Assembly (NCBI GenBank): GCA_965203295.1
Contig: CBDBCZ010000016.1
Coordinates: 960,001-1,024,000 of the forward strand
DNA length: 64,000 bases
Direction of reading: 5' to 3'
Source of the DNA: Nitrospirales bacterium
GTDB taxonomy: Bacteria > Nitrospirota > Nitrospiria > Nitrospirales > UBA8639
The notes beneath the pieces were generated by a model, which had not been told where the DNA came from, ran no database searches, and saw only the letters and a program-made list of their open reading frames with translations. Below, one piece after another: positions 26,601-38,700 of this stretch. Numbering within the stretch: the stretch's first letter is position 1; each line of letters starts with the position of its first letter. The position numbers were made by a program, and so were the translations under genes.

Positions 26601-29600
26601 GCATCAATGATAAGAACAGTTTCATATGTGGATAGCCTCCTGTCAGTTATTGTTTGTATCTGTGTGTAGGTGTCATCGGGGAGAGACAGTGGTTGGCTAT
26701 CCCTCATCCAGGTCACAGCGGTGGCAGGGGAGCCAGTGGAGATACAGGTCAGGTTAGATGACATGTGACCATAGGTGAATCCCAGGTGTGTGATGTTAGG
26801 AGGAGCTGGGAAGGAACAACGTACCCACTCTAATTATGTACTGACAAATAACAAGTACGACTGGATACTTTATATCGAAGTCCAGGTTTTCGTTGTGAGG
26901 GTTAAACAGCTGTGAATTGTGAGTGCATTGCGAGCTCACAAAAATTAGAATGCAATATAAGTATTATGCTCTAGGGCATGTAATGCTAAATCAAAATTTA
27001 TGTAGCACTCACATGCTCCACATAGCATACATTCAACATATACCATACTTACTATTGAATCCACTAGGATATATTCCAACGTTGATGTCCCTCATCTCTT
27101 CACTCTGAAGAGGAATGCGACAGGTATACACCCCCTGATCACCAGCTGTTAGGATATTCTGACTGAGTGCGTTCGCTACTCTTAGTTCCCCAGTCCGTGG
27201 GTGGGAAATTGCAAAGATATCACCAGTAGTAACTGTACTTTCATCTGGTCCAATGAGCATGCCAACATTCCTCATCATTGAGTCAGAGCGACAGAAAAAA
27301 ACGAAATAAAATCCAAATCTGGCTGTACCAAGGGAAATGACAATCCCGTTGTTTGGTAGTGATCTTGGGACTTCAAGGTCACCAGTTGAAGCACCATTGA
27401 ATACATGTACTCCAGCACCTTGAAGGCAATAAATTGCAACATAACTCTTTGATAGCATGGAATTAAGAACTAATGCATGTACATGTACATTAATAGCATC
27501 TTGCTTACCCACAACATCGAAGCTGATTGTTTTACTTCCACTTATCAATCCACTAGTGGCCGTGCAGGTGTGGTTGCCAATGTCACCAGTGCGAACAGCT
27601 GCTCGTGTAACAGATGTTGAATTTGCAGTCTGGAAAGGACAGTCTCTGCAGGTGGATGACCACTGGTAGCTCACAGGATCAGTACCACCCACTGCTGTGC
27701 AAGTGACAGTCACTGGACCAGAGGCTGCTCTGTACTCATTGGGACCCAGCTCAGCACCAGGAGGAGGTATGTAGGAGACAGTTATGCTAACCTCCAGCTC
27801 TGGTAAGAGAGACGTAATGGCCGGTAAATTATTATTGATTCCACATTCTATAGCAGTTGCAGGTAACTATATGTATAGCTACTAGCTACTAGCCTTGTCC
27901 CATGCAAACCCTTGCTTTGCACATTCAGAAGGAACAGTTAGTTATGTTGCTGTGTTTCCAGCTGAATTTCTTTCAAAGGGAAGTTGATACAAGGAAACAA
28001 GTTGTTATTACAAGATAACTTTACTGATTATGTAAGGACATGTTAGGTGTGTATGTGGTCTGCGAAATACAGCAACTTTTCATTCAATCCCTGTTTTGTG
28101 GTCATTTATTTGCTCTCAAAATAAATTAACCTGTCAGAGTTCAGTAACAAAAAAGCGTAAGTGGTTTGGTACAAGATGCGTCACTTAAAATACTTTTGGG
28201 GCCACACAAATCACTTGTCCTCACCAACTGAAAAGTGGAAGGAGAGTCCTGAGCTGTATCTCCAGAACTACGTAAGCTACAAAGTTCCCTTTTTTACATT
28301 ATAAGTAGTTACTTCTGTGCTCTCTGCGAGCACTTATCCCAGCTTCTAGCGCTTTCAGTGTAACAGAATGCTATGCATCCAACTTTGAATGTCACTTTTA
28401 CACCGTTTCCTCGCTTTCTATTTCCTTTAATATTTATTCATAGATTGGGGTTACTGCTAACTTTCCTTGCTGTGCCGTAGATCTTAATGGTATATATATT
28501 ATGTGCTGAAGCACAAAATCTCAGCTGTAAAATCTTTTGCCGCAGGTTGGGCAAAAATCGAAAAACTGGCATTTTGTCGAGAGAGGCATAAACGCACAGC
28601 TGCCCAGGACTGCAGTAACAATCGTACGCTCAAAATAAACTGCCTGTCATACGCTTTTCGTGTTGTATAACACGGATGCGTTGCTGCAAAAGCCATCTTG
28701 CAAAGATATCTCTACATAGTGGCTGTCATAACTGCACATGCTCAATAACTTGATCTTAATTAACATGACAGTAGCAGTGCAGGTATATGTGTCAGAGAGA
28801 GTAGCCCGTAGTGAAGGAATATCTAACGTGATTCCGTACACTCCAGCTACAGCAGGCATTTCAGGGATGAGTCATTGGCTGTGTCTATAGCGGTTGGCCC
28901 TGTATACGTCTCCACATGTTCCTGTGGGCGCTATGGCGACCTAATCACATCGCTCTTAGATATACAGAAGCCATATTACTATGTAAATGCAAAATCGCAT
29001 AATTTCACAGTCGAGTACGATACCTATGTATAGGTTAGAGACCGGATGCGAGTCACTACAAAGTTTTAGAAACCGAGGGGGAGGGGCGTGAATGTTGCAA
29101 TAGTGACTGAGGCGAAGCTGAGGTTACTATTGCAACATTCTCGCCCCGACCACGAGGTTTCAAAACCGAGTAGTGACTCGCATCGGTCTCTAACCGGCTT
29201 AGAGCATGAGTGCAGAGAATGGAGACAGTCCGTCTATCCTTGCTAGTTCGTGGGATCCACCGCCAAGTTGTTTTTGCCCATCTGAGTTTGATCTTGCCAT
29301 GATAAGCCTCCAGAACTGCCCCAAGGCCTAGCCCAAGGCATCACAGTTGTGATTTCTAGCCGTTTGTACAGCTGCCTCAAGTTGTCTTAACTACAGCGGT
29401 ATCGTTTTTGCGCCTCTGTCACTGGCAAACATCCAGCTGGTACTATGATGGCCAAGTATAAGCAACAACAACTGCAGCACTTACCCACTCCATTAGCTTT
29501 CTACCCGCTGTGTAAACGGCTTTGTATATAAATGCTACGCTTACTTCTGTTAGCTTTATGCTACATGTAGTACAATTCAGCATTTGTACATGCCAGATGT

Positions 29601-31025
29601 TCATGATTTATGTAAGGCTTCCCAGGTCTCTATCTGGCAACCGCAGGTCACTAACTGGCAACTTAGTGACCCGCCACTTAGTGACCTGCAGACTACGCTG
29701 CTGCTACTCATTACATCAAAAGGAATTATGCTCTAAGTATAGGATAGAGCCCTCCCTAGAGGGAACTAACCGACTTAAGCGCCTGTGGGAATCAAGAGAA
29801 ACCAAGGAAGTGTTAATTGGGTCGAGGGCGAAGCCGGAGACACAATTAACACTTCTGAGGTTTTCGAGGTTCTGGTGTGCTGTAGTTTCTACGTTATGGT
29901 AGAGGAGGACTGTGCGTTTAACGCTTTCGATTTTGATGGATTTGAACTGAACGTTGACGACTCTGAAGATTTCAAGCTCGGTAACAAAGAAAACAGTAAG
30001 CGGTTTGGATCTCCCCTACCTGAGAATGCAATAGTGCGGGCTATCTGTGAACGAGTAGCTAGTTGCAAAAACACGAAAGGCAACGCACTGGGCAGTCAGT
30101 GTTTTTCAGTCGTGGTGCGATGCTCATAAGGATCAAGGATCCAAGACGTCGATCGATAAGCTAGCAGATCTGTTGCCTTGATGCAAGCCAAGACGAAACA
30201 CTTTACCCCCCAGCCACCCTGATGCAGCTGGTTGTACGAATACGTCACTTTTGAGAGAATGGCCAGCCTAGTGTCTTAATTTTTGGTGTCAAAGACCATC
30301 GCTTTGCACACACTCGTAGTACCCTTGATGCACGAATGAAGACGCTGTTGAAGGAGAGCGTTGGAACAGATGCTAAGCAAGCGCAGCCATTGTCATTGGA
30401 ACAAGAAAATAAGCTATGAAGCCTCACAATTTTTTCGTTGAACAGTGGATGGGGCCTTACCTATGCCGGTACAACTGCAGGCTGTTTGGCCTCCGAGGCA
30501 GAAATGAACATAGATCTTTAGATTTTAATAGCCAGCCAATTGCTTTTAAATGCAGTTTTTTATTGTTTCATTCATACTAAGCGCTTATGTTTAATTGTTT
30601 GTCTCTGTTAAATTACCCTGGACTGACCGGCTGATTTCAAAGGGTCTATTAAACTACCCTGGACTAACCGGCGACTTCAAAGGGCAAGCGGGGGTTTAAC
30701 CTACTTAAACGCCTCGGACTAACCGGAAACCATCAAAGGAATATGCTTATTAATTATTCATGTGTGGTCTAAAGCGATACAGGCATGGATTGGTTAGTTT
30801 CTCGAGCCAACAGTGCCGCAGTGTGCACGTACTCGGCGGTGGCTCGCGAGACTAATATACTGCAGCATGAATACTGTTTTGTATCAGTCAATCTAGCGTA
30901 CTATATACCGTCATCACGCACCACCATAGTAGAGTAGACGCACCATGCTCCATACCTTGAGCTGTTGAAACTTTAAGCAGTACGGAAATAGCCAAAACTG
31001 CCCACACGCCGTGCACCCAACTCAT
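17631..31025 (-). CDS. Gene 2: receptor-type protein tyrosine phosphatase (signal, ~10 Ig, TM, PTP D1, PTP D2)
   Basis: Signal exon 31025-30956. Ig exons between ~27800 and 22097. TM exon ~21876-21776 ([24 protein letters not shown]). D1 motifs [50 protein letters not shown]2 motifs [29 protein letters not shown]. Stop TAA at 17633-17631. Confidence 0.9.
18735..19354. mobile_element. ~620-bp MITE with long imperfect TIRs rich in TTGCGCAA-type motifs
   Basis: Ends TGTTYCGCGC(G/A)AACCAGGAA and TTCCTGGTT(T/C)GCGCGGAACA in a TA context. An inverted copy lies at 63046-63633. Confidence 0.85.
29033..30773 (+). mobile_element. Decayed Crypton-like (DUF3504 tyrosine recombinase) element
   Basis: Absent from the paralogous intron (~12270-12295). 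5' hairpin of ~160 bp with a GGCGAAGC loop. Broken protein pieces [43 protein letters not shown] and [15 protein letters not shown] resemble the DUF3504/ZMYM-type Crypton domain. Confidence 0.7.
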
Positions 31026-31225
31026 CTTGAAACCAGCATACACCGACTCGTGGCGTGGATTTGCAGCTGATGCAAATACTGCGACAAATCCTGTCCAGAC
31101 TCCGCCCACTTCTGTAGCCACGTACGTGGGTGCGGTCTGGGCACGAGACTACCACGTGGGTCGATCGCGAACGCGTACGCGTAGTCGTGCGTATGTAGAC
31201 GTCACCTAGCGTACGCGTGTTCAAT

Positions 31226-33400
31226 AGAGCGTTTCGTCTCTGACGCGCTATGACGTCATACGCACGTAGTGGTGTACAGCTGGTGCTCAATTTGAGATAG
31301 TTGCGTACGAGAATCGTTACGTTTGAATGGCTAAGCTCTCTCCTTATGCTGAGAAACTATGTGACGCAGCAAAAAAGAGATACCTGGAGAAGCTAGAGTT
31401 GACAGACAGTGTTGATCCCTTTCTATTAAGTAACCCTGCAAGTCTGAAGAGTTTAACTAACGCTATACCTCAAAGTCTTCCACCTGTCGAGGCCAGTGAC
31501 CTCGTATCCTACCTTGTACTGCAGACTAGTTTTCTGACCCCAAAACAGTTCAAAGCTCACAAATCTCTTGAGGCCTAGCTACAATCAGTTTGTCTGTGGC
31601 TTGGTAAAGGATGTGCGCGCATGGAGTTTTTGGACCTGTGCTATGAGATGTGCATTCCTACGCTCTTGCTGGCAATGAGGGTAGATGTGTATGTGTATGT
31701 ACCTGTTGTATAATAATATTACATTTATGTTATGTAGGTGCGCCACTCCCAGCGATGCAATGAAACACCGCTGAGCTGCTGGATAATCTGCCAAAGTACG
31801 GGTGAAATATGTTGTGCCCATTGCAACTGTATGGCAGGTCTTGGTGAAGTATGCACCCATGTAGCAGCAGTTTTATTTTTTCTGGAAACGTCAGCCAGAT
31901 TGAATGAAAGGAGTACATGCACACAAGAGAAATGCCAATGGGTGGTTCCAGGCTTTCAAAAGGAGATACCGTACTCTCCTGTCAAAGCGATTGACTTTAC
32001 ATCAGCAAGGGGGAAAAAGACCAAGATAGACAGTGTGCTATCCATGGCCAGTGAACCCACACAGATGCCAGTTTCAACTCCGTCCCCATCGTCCAACACA
32101 GCTGCCGTAAAATCACCAGACTCTTGTGAGTTACGATCACTTTTTCAAACACTGAGTGAGTGTGGAACTAAACCTGCCGTACTTTCAGTTGTGTTCCCAT
32201 ATGCAAACAATTACACTCCAAAATCTTCTCAATCATGTTTCCCACAGCCTTTGCAAACACTGTTTCACCAAAAATATTTCAAAATGGACTACATTGCACT
32301 GTTGAGTGCCTGTGAGACATTTGGAATTTCTATCACTGATGAGATGGCACAAGCTGTAGAAAGAGAAACCAGAGCTCAGAGCAACTCCAAACTCTGGTTT
32401 ACTTTCAGAGCCGGACGAATAACAGCATCAAGGATGAAGTCAGCATGCTGTACAGATCCTGCCAATCCAGCACAAAGTTTGGTGAAAGTAATTTCATATC
32501 CTGAGGCATTCAAGTTCACAACAAAAGCTACTTCTTGGGAATGCAAGCATGAAAAGATAGCACGAGACGCATATACCAAGACAATGACACGAAACCACAA
32601 TGACTTTGCAGCGACGGACATTGGTCTGGTTCTTAATCCTCAATGGCCGCACATCGGTGCCTCACCCGATGGGTCTGTAAGCTGCAGTTGTTGTGGAAGA
32701 GGCGTTGTTGAGATTAAGTGTCCCTACTGTCATAGATGGGATGAAATAGCAGATGCAGTTGCTCATGACAAGAACTTCTGCTTGAAGCGTGGACCTGATG
32801 GAGCATGCTACCTGGATCATTCACATGCATACTATTACCAGGTGCAAACTCAACTGTTCGTGTGTGGTGTAGCATATTGCGACTTCGTTGTTTGTACTTT
32901 TGCAGCTGAACACTGCGAGCCGAGTATCCACATTGAGCGTGTTTCAGCGGATGAGAACTTGTGGTCAAGTTGCGTTAGAAAATCATCGTATTTTTTCCGT
33001 TTGTGTGTGCTACCTGAACTCCTTGGACGGTGGTATTCAAGGCCATGTATGAAGGAGCGTTCCGAAACGAGCTCGGTAACTACTACAGATGCTGAGCCTG
33101 GACCCTCAGAAGAGACTGTAAGTGTGTACTGCTACTGTCGACAACCTGAAGAGGACGAAATGATAGCTTGTGACAATCCACACTGTCCCATTGAATGGTT
33201 TCACACGAAGTGTTTGAAGATCAAGGCAGTACCCAAGGGAAAATGGCATTGCCCCGACTGCCGCAAGTTACCAGAATGCAGAAAGGGCGGGGTAAAAAGG
33301 CGAAAAAAAGATGTCCAGTGATAATATTATTAGCAATCACTCCCATGGTCAAAAAACTTGTCTATAAAAATGAAACTAAAAGGCAGTCTAATCAATGTAG
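31226..33400 (+). mobile_element. Truncated ISL2EU-type element (left end plus accessory gene only)
   Basis: AT|AGAGCGTTTCG left terminus where homology to the gene 1 upstream region stops. Contains the SWIM-YqaJ-PHD gene. No transposase or right TIR seen. Right boundary approximate. Confidence 0.7.
31327..33321 (+). CDS. SWIM + YqaJ/lambda-exonuclease + PHD finger protein (transposon accessory protein); exon 1 frameshifted
   Basis: SWIM AHCNCMAGLGEVCTHVAA. YqaJ motifs RAGRITAS, GASPDG, EIKCP, YYYQVQTQL. PHD CYCRQ...IACDNPHCPIEWFHTKC...WHCPDC. Exon 1 KSLEA*-YNQFVCG is broken by a 4-bp insertion at ~31576. Confidence 0.85.
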
Positions 33401-33444
33401 CTAGCCTACCAAAGAAATAAGATAGTTCAGAGTTGTCAGAACCC

Positions 33445-33911
33445 TAGTCTCGTGCCCAGACATCCACGCCTTTCCGGCGAAGAGTGCACAGCGATGGGGA
33501 GGAGCGACGGTCTGGGCATGAGACTAGGAAAGGACCTGAAGCCACTCAGCCCATAATTGAAAGCATGGGGGTTAGGTACCCTCTTGCAGCTGGAAGTTAG
33601 CTGACATTTGCAGCTACAGTGCCATCTACTATGAGGGTGGTTACTTTTCGAATTATTGTGACTACTTGTGGTTTATGGTTTCCTGTTGCTATGAGACAAC
33701 AGCTGGAGTATATAACTGTACAGTAGTCTGCACACTACCTTCCTGTGATGAACTAATTGCTGTCACTTCCTTCAGCTATGCCTACTTATAATGAGAGTTC
33801 TCACACAGATGAAATTGCTATCCCTGTAGACATCTAGACTTGTTCCCAGGCTTCTGCACAGCTTTTTGTCGCTTGTAGTTCAGGAAGACTGCGGCCTGGG
33901 AACGAGGCTAG
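33445..33911. repeat. Two ~80-bp palindromic mini-elements (AGYCTCGTNCCCAG TIR family)
   Basis: CTAGTCTCGTGCCCAGAC...GTCTGGGCATGAGACTAG (33445-33527) and TAGACTTGTTCCCAGGC...GCCTGGGAACGAGGCTAG (~33835-33911). Relatives at ~8748, 16235, 41278 and 44294. Confidence 0.7.
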
Positions 33912-35321
33912 TAGACATCTAGCTACATTCCCCCCGTGTCAAAAGGGTGCAGCCAACAGCATGGCTAGACAGCTGTAGCTGAGTGTAGGTCCCTCAAAAA
34001 AAAATTCAAATATTTATACTTTATAAATACAACTACAGGTTTCTACTTTAAACATTCTCTACTAAAACTTATTTGATGACCTGTACAATTGAAATTCTGA
34101 CAGTTATAGCAATAGCACAAACTACACTGCAATGAGCATAACACTGTATGGCAAATACTTGTATGCAGCAACACTACTTGACAAACTCATGACAAAAAGT
34201 GCATGTATACAAAAAAAGTAGCTACTGAGTGGGTGAGGGAAGGTCATAAGGAATGGCGGCATACTCATGTTCCATTTCCTGATCATCAGGGTGAAGTACT
34301 GTTTCATAAGGAGATGCAGACTGCTGTGTTAAAGCGGGTTTCTTTATTGAGCATCCATAAGCTGGATTGGTATCCACTGGTAGAGTGTCCTGATGAGAGA
34401 GCTCAGTTTCATTTGCCGGGCTATAGAGAGTTTAAGGAATGAATAATATTAATACTTGCAGTTGGCAACTGTTACATCAAAGTCACATACCTTAAAGATT
34501 TCAGTTTTCCCTTCTGTGTGACTATCACCACAACAGTGATGACACTGAATGTGAGAACCACACATATACCTGCATACCTGCGATTACTCCACCAACTATG
34601 GCTCCTATGCTTTCAGTCACGCTTTGATCCATTGATACACAGTCTTCCGATAGAAATGAGTGTAGCTGAGTTGGGCAATTTGCATCAACATTAACTCTCG
34701 ACATACTTGGGCCCACAACGAATGATGGAGCACTCTGCACCCATTGAGAGACAAAATCTACCAGCTGAGCTGCTGTGTAAGTAGCACTAGCATATACGAT
34801 TTGAGCTCTGAATACTACATTATTTCCAATGCTTCTGCAGCTGAATTCATTTCTTTGAATATTGTCTGGGGTAAAAGCACACGAGCACCTCATACTCACT
34901 GCATTGACGACAGCGGAAATAATTTCTTTAAATTTTTGATCAGGACTGTTGACCTGAAAGGGGGAAAAATGGACTGATGCTATAGAGATTAGTCAGCTTT
35001 GTGCTGATCCACTCACCACCCAGGTTGCACAGTCACCAACTGTAAGTATCCACAATTGGAAAAGTGCAGTAGTCAGAAATGCTGCATGTATAGGTGAACA
35101 ATTAGTTGAATGCTAGTATCCTCCATCTTGAAAATAGTGGAAGAAACAAACATGCTTCCATCCCCAGTAAGGCAAAGAAATAACGCTAAGGGAAAATGCA
35201 GCTAGAGTTTGCAACACTCTTGTACTTGTTGCATAATGCGATATTAGCTACAAGGTTGAAAACAAGATTTGCAAGCTGTTGAAAACAAGATTTGCAAGTC
35301 AAGTTTGAGGAAAGCATTGTA

Positions 35322-35751
35322 CACTGCAAAAATCAAAGGATGGTTTCAAACCAGCTGGGGTTATCTCAGTTGCAGTCTACAAAACAATGTGTACGTAAAC
35401 AAGTAGATCACTTTACCACCAATTTCAGAAGAAAGGAAAGAGCCATTAGGACAATTAGTAATACATATCTTGTTCCTAGTTTCACCAAAGAAAAAAAAAA
35501 GATTTAGCTTGGCTTCCTGAGTAAGATCACTTTACCACTCTATCTCTCCAATTTCAAAAGAAAGGAAAGATCCATTAGGACAATAATTATTAGTAACACA
35601 TATCTTGTTCCTAGTCTCACCAAACAAATAGCTTGGCTTCCTGAGTAAAGTGATCTTATTGCACTGCACGTAACTGCACATTCTCTGGTACTGGGGCTGC
35701 AACTGAGGTAACCTTAGGTGGGTTTAAACAAACCACTTTATTTTTGCAGTG
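35322..35751. mobile_element. CACTG-ended MITE (EnSpm/CACTA-like) with TA target duplication
   Basis: TIR CACTGCAAAAAT...ATTTTTGCAGTG flanked by TA. The empty site (GGAAAGCA...TAGATGATGATGCTAAG) is seen in homologous introns at ~2022 and ~26091. A second copy lies at 50098-50618. Confidence 0.85.
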
Positions 35752-38700
35752 TAGATGATGATGCTAAGTGTGTCCTGTTGAGGGCATTGTGAATGGTGCT
35801 TTTCTATATTGATAAGCAGGAGATATATTTATAGCCGACTTCGATAGCTCTAAGTCTCATGCCTACACGTGTATGCATTTAGTGGCCTTTTAGTATGTTT
35901 TACGTTTGAGACCCAAAAAATGTCATGTAGCCATTCCAAAGAGTTGATGGTTACAGCCATCCTGGTTAAATTCACGCAAGCAAACTGGTGCAGAAAGTTG
36001 AAAAGCTGCGGAGTTGGCATCCACTTGTGTGCACGTTGTTGTTGCATCTCCGATCAACTCAAAGCCCAAATTACACGCGTAGGTAGCAGTGTCACCAGCG
36101 GAGTTGCCAATAAATGTCACCATGCCGTTGACAATGTCAACAGGATCAGGACACAGTGCTGCAGAGAAAATTCCATGCAGATAATTCAGTTAACGCACAG
36201 CAAACAAACACACACTGTCATTGGAGCCTATTTTTAATGGTGTGCAAGAAGTGATTAGATTAATAGATGACTTCGGCAGCTGTAAGCCTCAAATATTTTA
36301 TCCAATGTCCTGTATGCATATCATTATATTTGCAGCCCTTTAGTATAGTGAATCTGTTGTACGTATGAGACCAAAAAATTGACATGTAGCTATTCTAAGG
36401 AGTTGATAGTTTTAGTCATTGAGGATACTCACGCCTGCAATCTGGTGGTGCAGGTTGAAATGCTGCAGAGTTGGCATCCACTTGTGTGCAAGCTGTCGTT
36501 GCATCTCCGATCAACTCAAAACCCAAATTACATGCATAGGCAGCAGTGTTTCCAACAGAGTTGCCAGTAAATGTCATCATGCTGTAGAGCAAGATTCATG
36601 TAAATAATTCTGTTAATGCACAGCAAACAAAAACACATTGTCTATGGTGCCTATCTAAAAATAGATTTACAGACGGCTTTCGGCAGCTGTAAGCCTCAAA
36701 TATTTTATCTATTCAACACCACCACATTATTTATAGATGCCCGCCAGTCACAAAGTTTCCCCCCCATTGTACACTGACAAATGCTGTATGCCCACTTTGT
36801 ACTGTTAATATTGTTGTGTCCGTCATTGTGCCAGCAGAGGAGGTAGCCTGGCAAGTATACTCCCCTCTGTGGGATGTCATTACAGGGTTGAATTCCAGTG
36901 TTCTGATGTATATATTAGTCGTTGTCTGACGTGTACTACTGACAGGAACACCATTGGGACCCATCCACTGCACAGCTCCCATCAGCGAGTCCCCCTCTGC
37001 CAGAGAGACAGTGCAAGTGAGAGAGAAGGACTCTCCTGCTGTTGGTGTCTCATACGGTGATACTGTGACTGTGAGAGGATCAACTGAAGGAAGAAATAGC
37101 AATTATCACTCTTCAGCTAAAGACCAAAGAGTGCGGAACCACTAGCCCAGATGTGCGTACACTTATTAGCTAACAACTGTAGCTCTTTTTTGCTGGAGAA
37201 ACAAGTCACCACCGCGTGAATTTTCGCCTCTTACTTAGATAGTCGAACTCATCGAATTCTCATGCACGCTTAGCTATTTCTCCTTTCTCTGAAATTCTCA
37301 CAGCATTAATAAACATGTACTACCAAACCGTGCACACCTAATGAATGCTTGTGCGCGAGGCTTACACTGCGTATGCGTATCTCTAGTAGTAAATGGACAC
37401 ATAAAATTTACAAGTTGAGTTTGAGGAAAGCATTGTAGATTATGCTGCTGTTTAACTGCCTGTTTTTTACTATCACAATTGTAATGAGAGAAGCAGCTAA
37501 TCAGTCAAGTCTGATAGAGTACTGGTGTGAGACCACTTCCCAGAGCTGTATCCTGTACTCGTAAGGCAAGTTATGCCTAGCAAATTCTGACTAAAGTCTT
37601 TCAGAACATAACGTATGGCCAAAGAATCACAACAGTAATATAGCAGTACCTATATACATCGAGATGAATTAAATGATAAATCATTTCTTTACACTTAGAC
37701 AGTCTCAATACTATAAGCAATACGGCCATATGGAGAGACTTACATTATCATGCAATTATAAGGAAGAAAACTTACATGCGATAAGTTTTTTGAAGCTGTG
37801 CCCAATGCATTTATAACTGTGCAGATATAAGTATGTCCAGTGATGTCAGTTGCTGCAGCATCGATGATAAGAACAGTTTCATATGTGGATAGCCTCCTGT
37901 CAGTTATTGTTTGTATCTGTGCGTAGGTGTCATCGGGGAGAGACAGTGGTTGGCTATCCCTCATCCAGGTCACAGCGGTGGCAGGGGAACCAGTAGAAGT
38001 ACAGGTCAGGTTAGATAAGTGACCATAGGTGAATCCCAGGTGTGTGATGTTAGGAGGAGCTGGGAAGGAATAACGTACCCACCCTAATGATTTACTGACT
38101 AATAACGTGCAAATGGATATACCTTATCAAAGTCTTGGTTTTCGTTGTGAGGGTTAATAGTTGTGAATTGTGAGTGAATGCAATATATGTATTATGCTCT
38201 GGGGCATGTAATGCTAAATCGAAATTTAGGTAGCACTCATATGCTCCACATAGCATACATTCAACATATACCGTACTTACTATTGAATCCACTAGGATAT
38301 ATTCCAACATTGATATCTTTCATCTCTCCACTCTAAAGAAGTATGCGACAGGTGTACACCCCCAGATGACTAGCTGTTAGGATATTCTGACTGAGTGTGT
38401 TCTCTACTCCCAGTTCCCCAGGTCGTAGGTGTGTAATTGTAAATACATCACCAGTAGTGACAGTAGTTCTATCTGGTCCAATGAGCATCCCAACATTGTT
38501 CATCATTGAGTCAGAGCGACAGAAGAAACGGAAATAGAATCCAAATCTGGCTGTACCAAGGGAAATGACAATCCCATTGTTTGGTAGCGATCCTGGGACT
38601 TGAAGGTCACCAGTTGAAGCACCTCTGAATACATGTATTCCAGCACCTGCAAGGCAATAAATTGCAACATAACTCTTTGATAGCATGTTCAAATTGGAAG

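Noticed and set aside
28480..28760. GATCTTAAT direct repeats as a 9-bp target duplication
   Set aside because: No terminal inverted repeats lie between them and no empty site is available to confirm; could be chance.
12297..33321. RAG-like somatic recombination system acting on the Ig exons
   Set aside because: The transposases are hAT, ISL2EU and Crypton types, not Transib/RAG. No recombination-signal-like repeats were seen flanking the Ig exons, which have normal splice sites.
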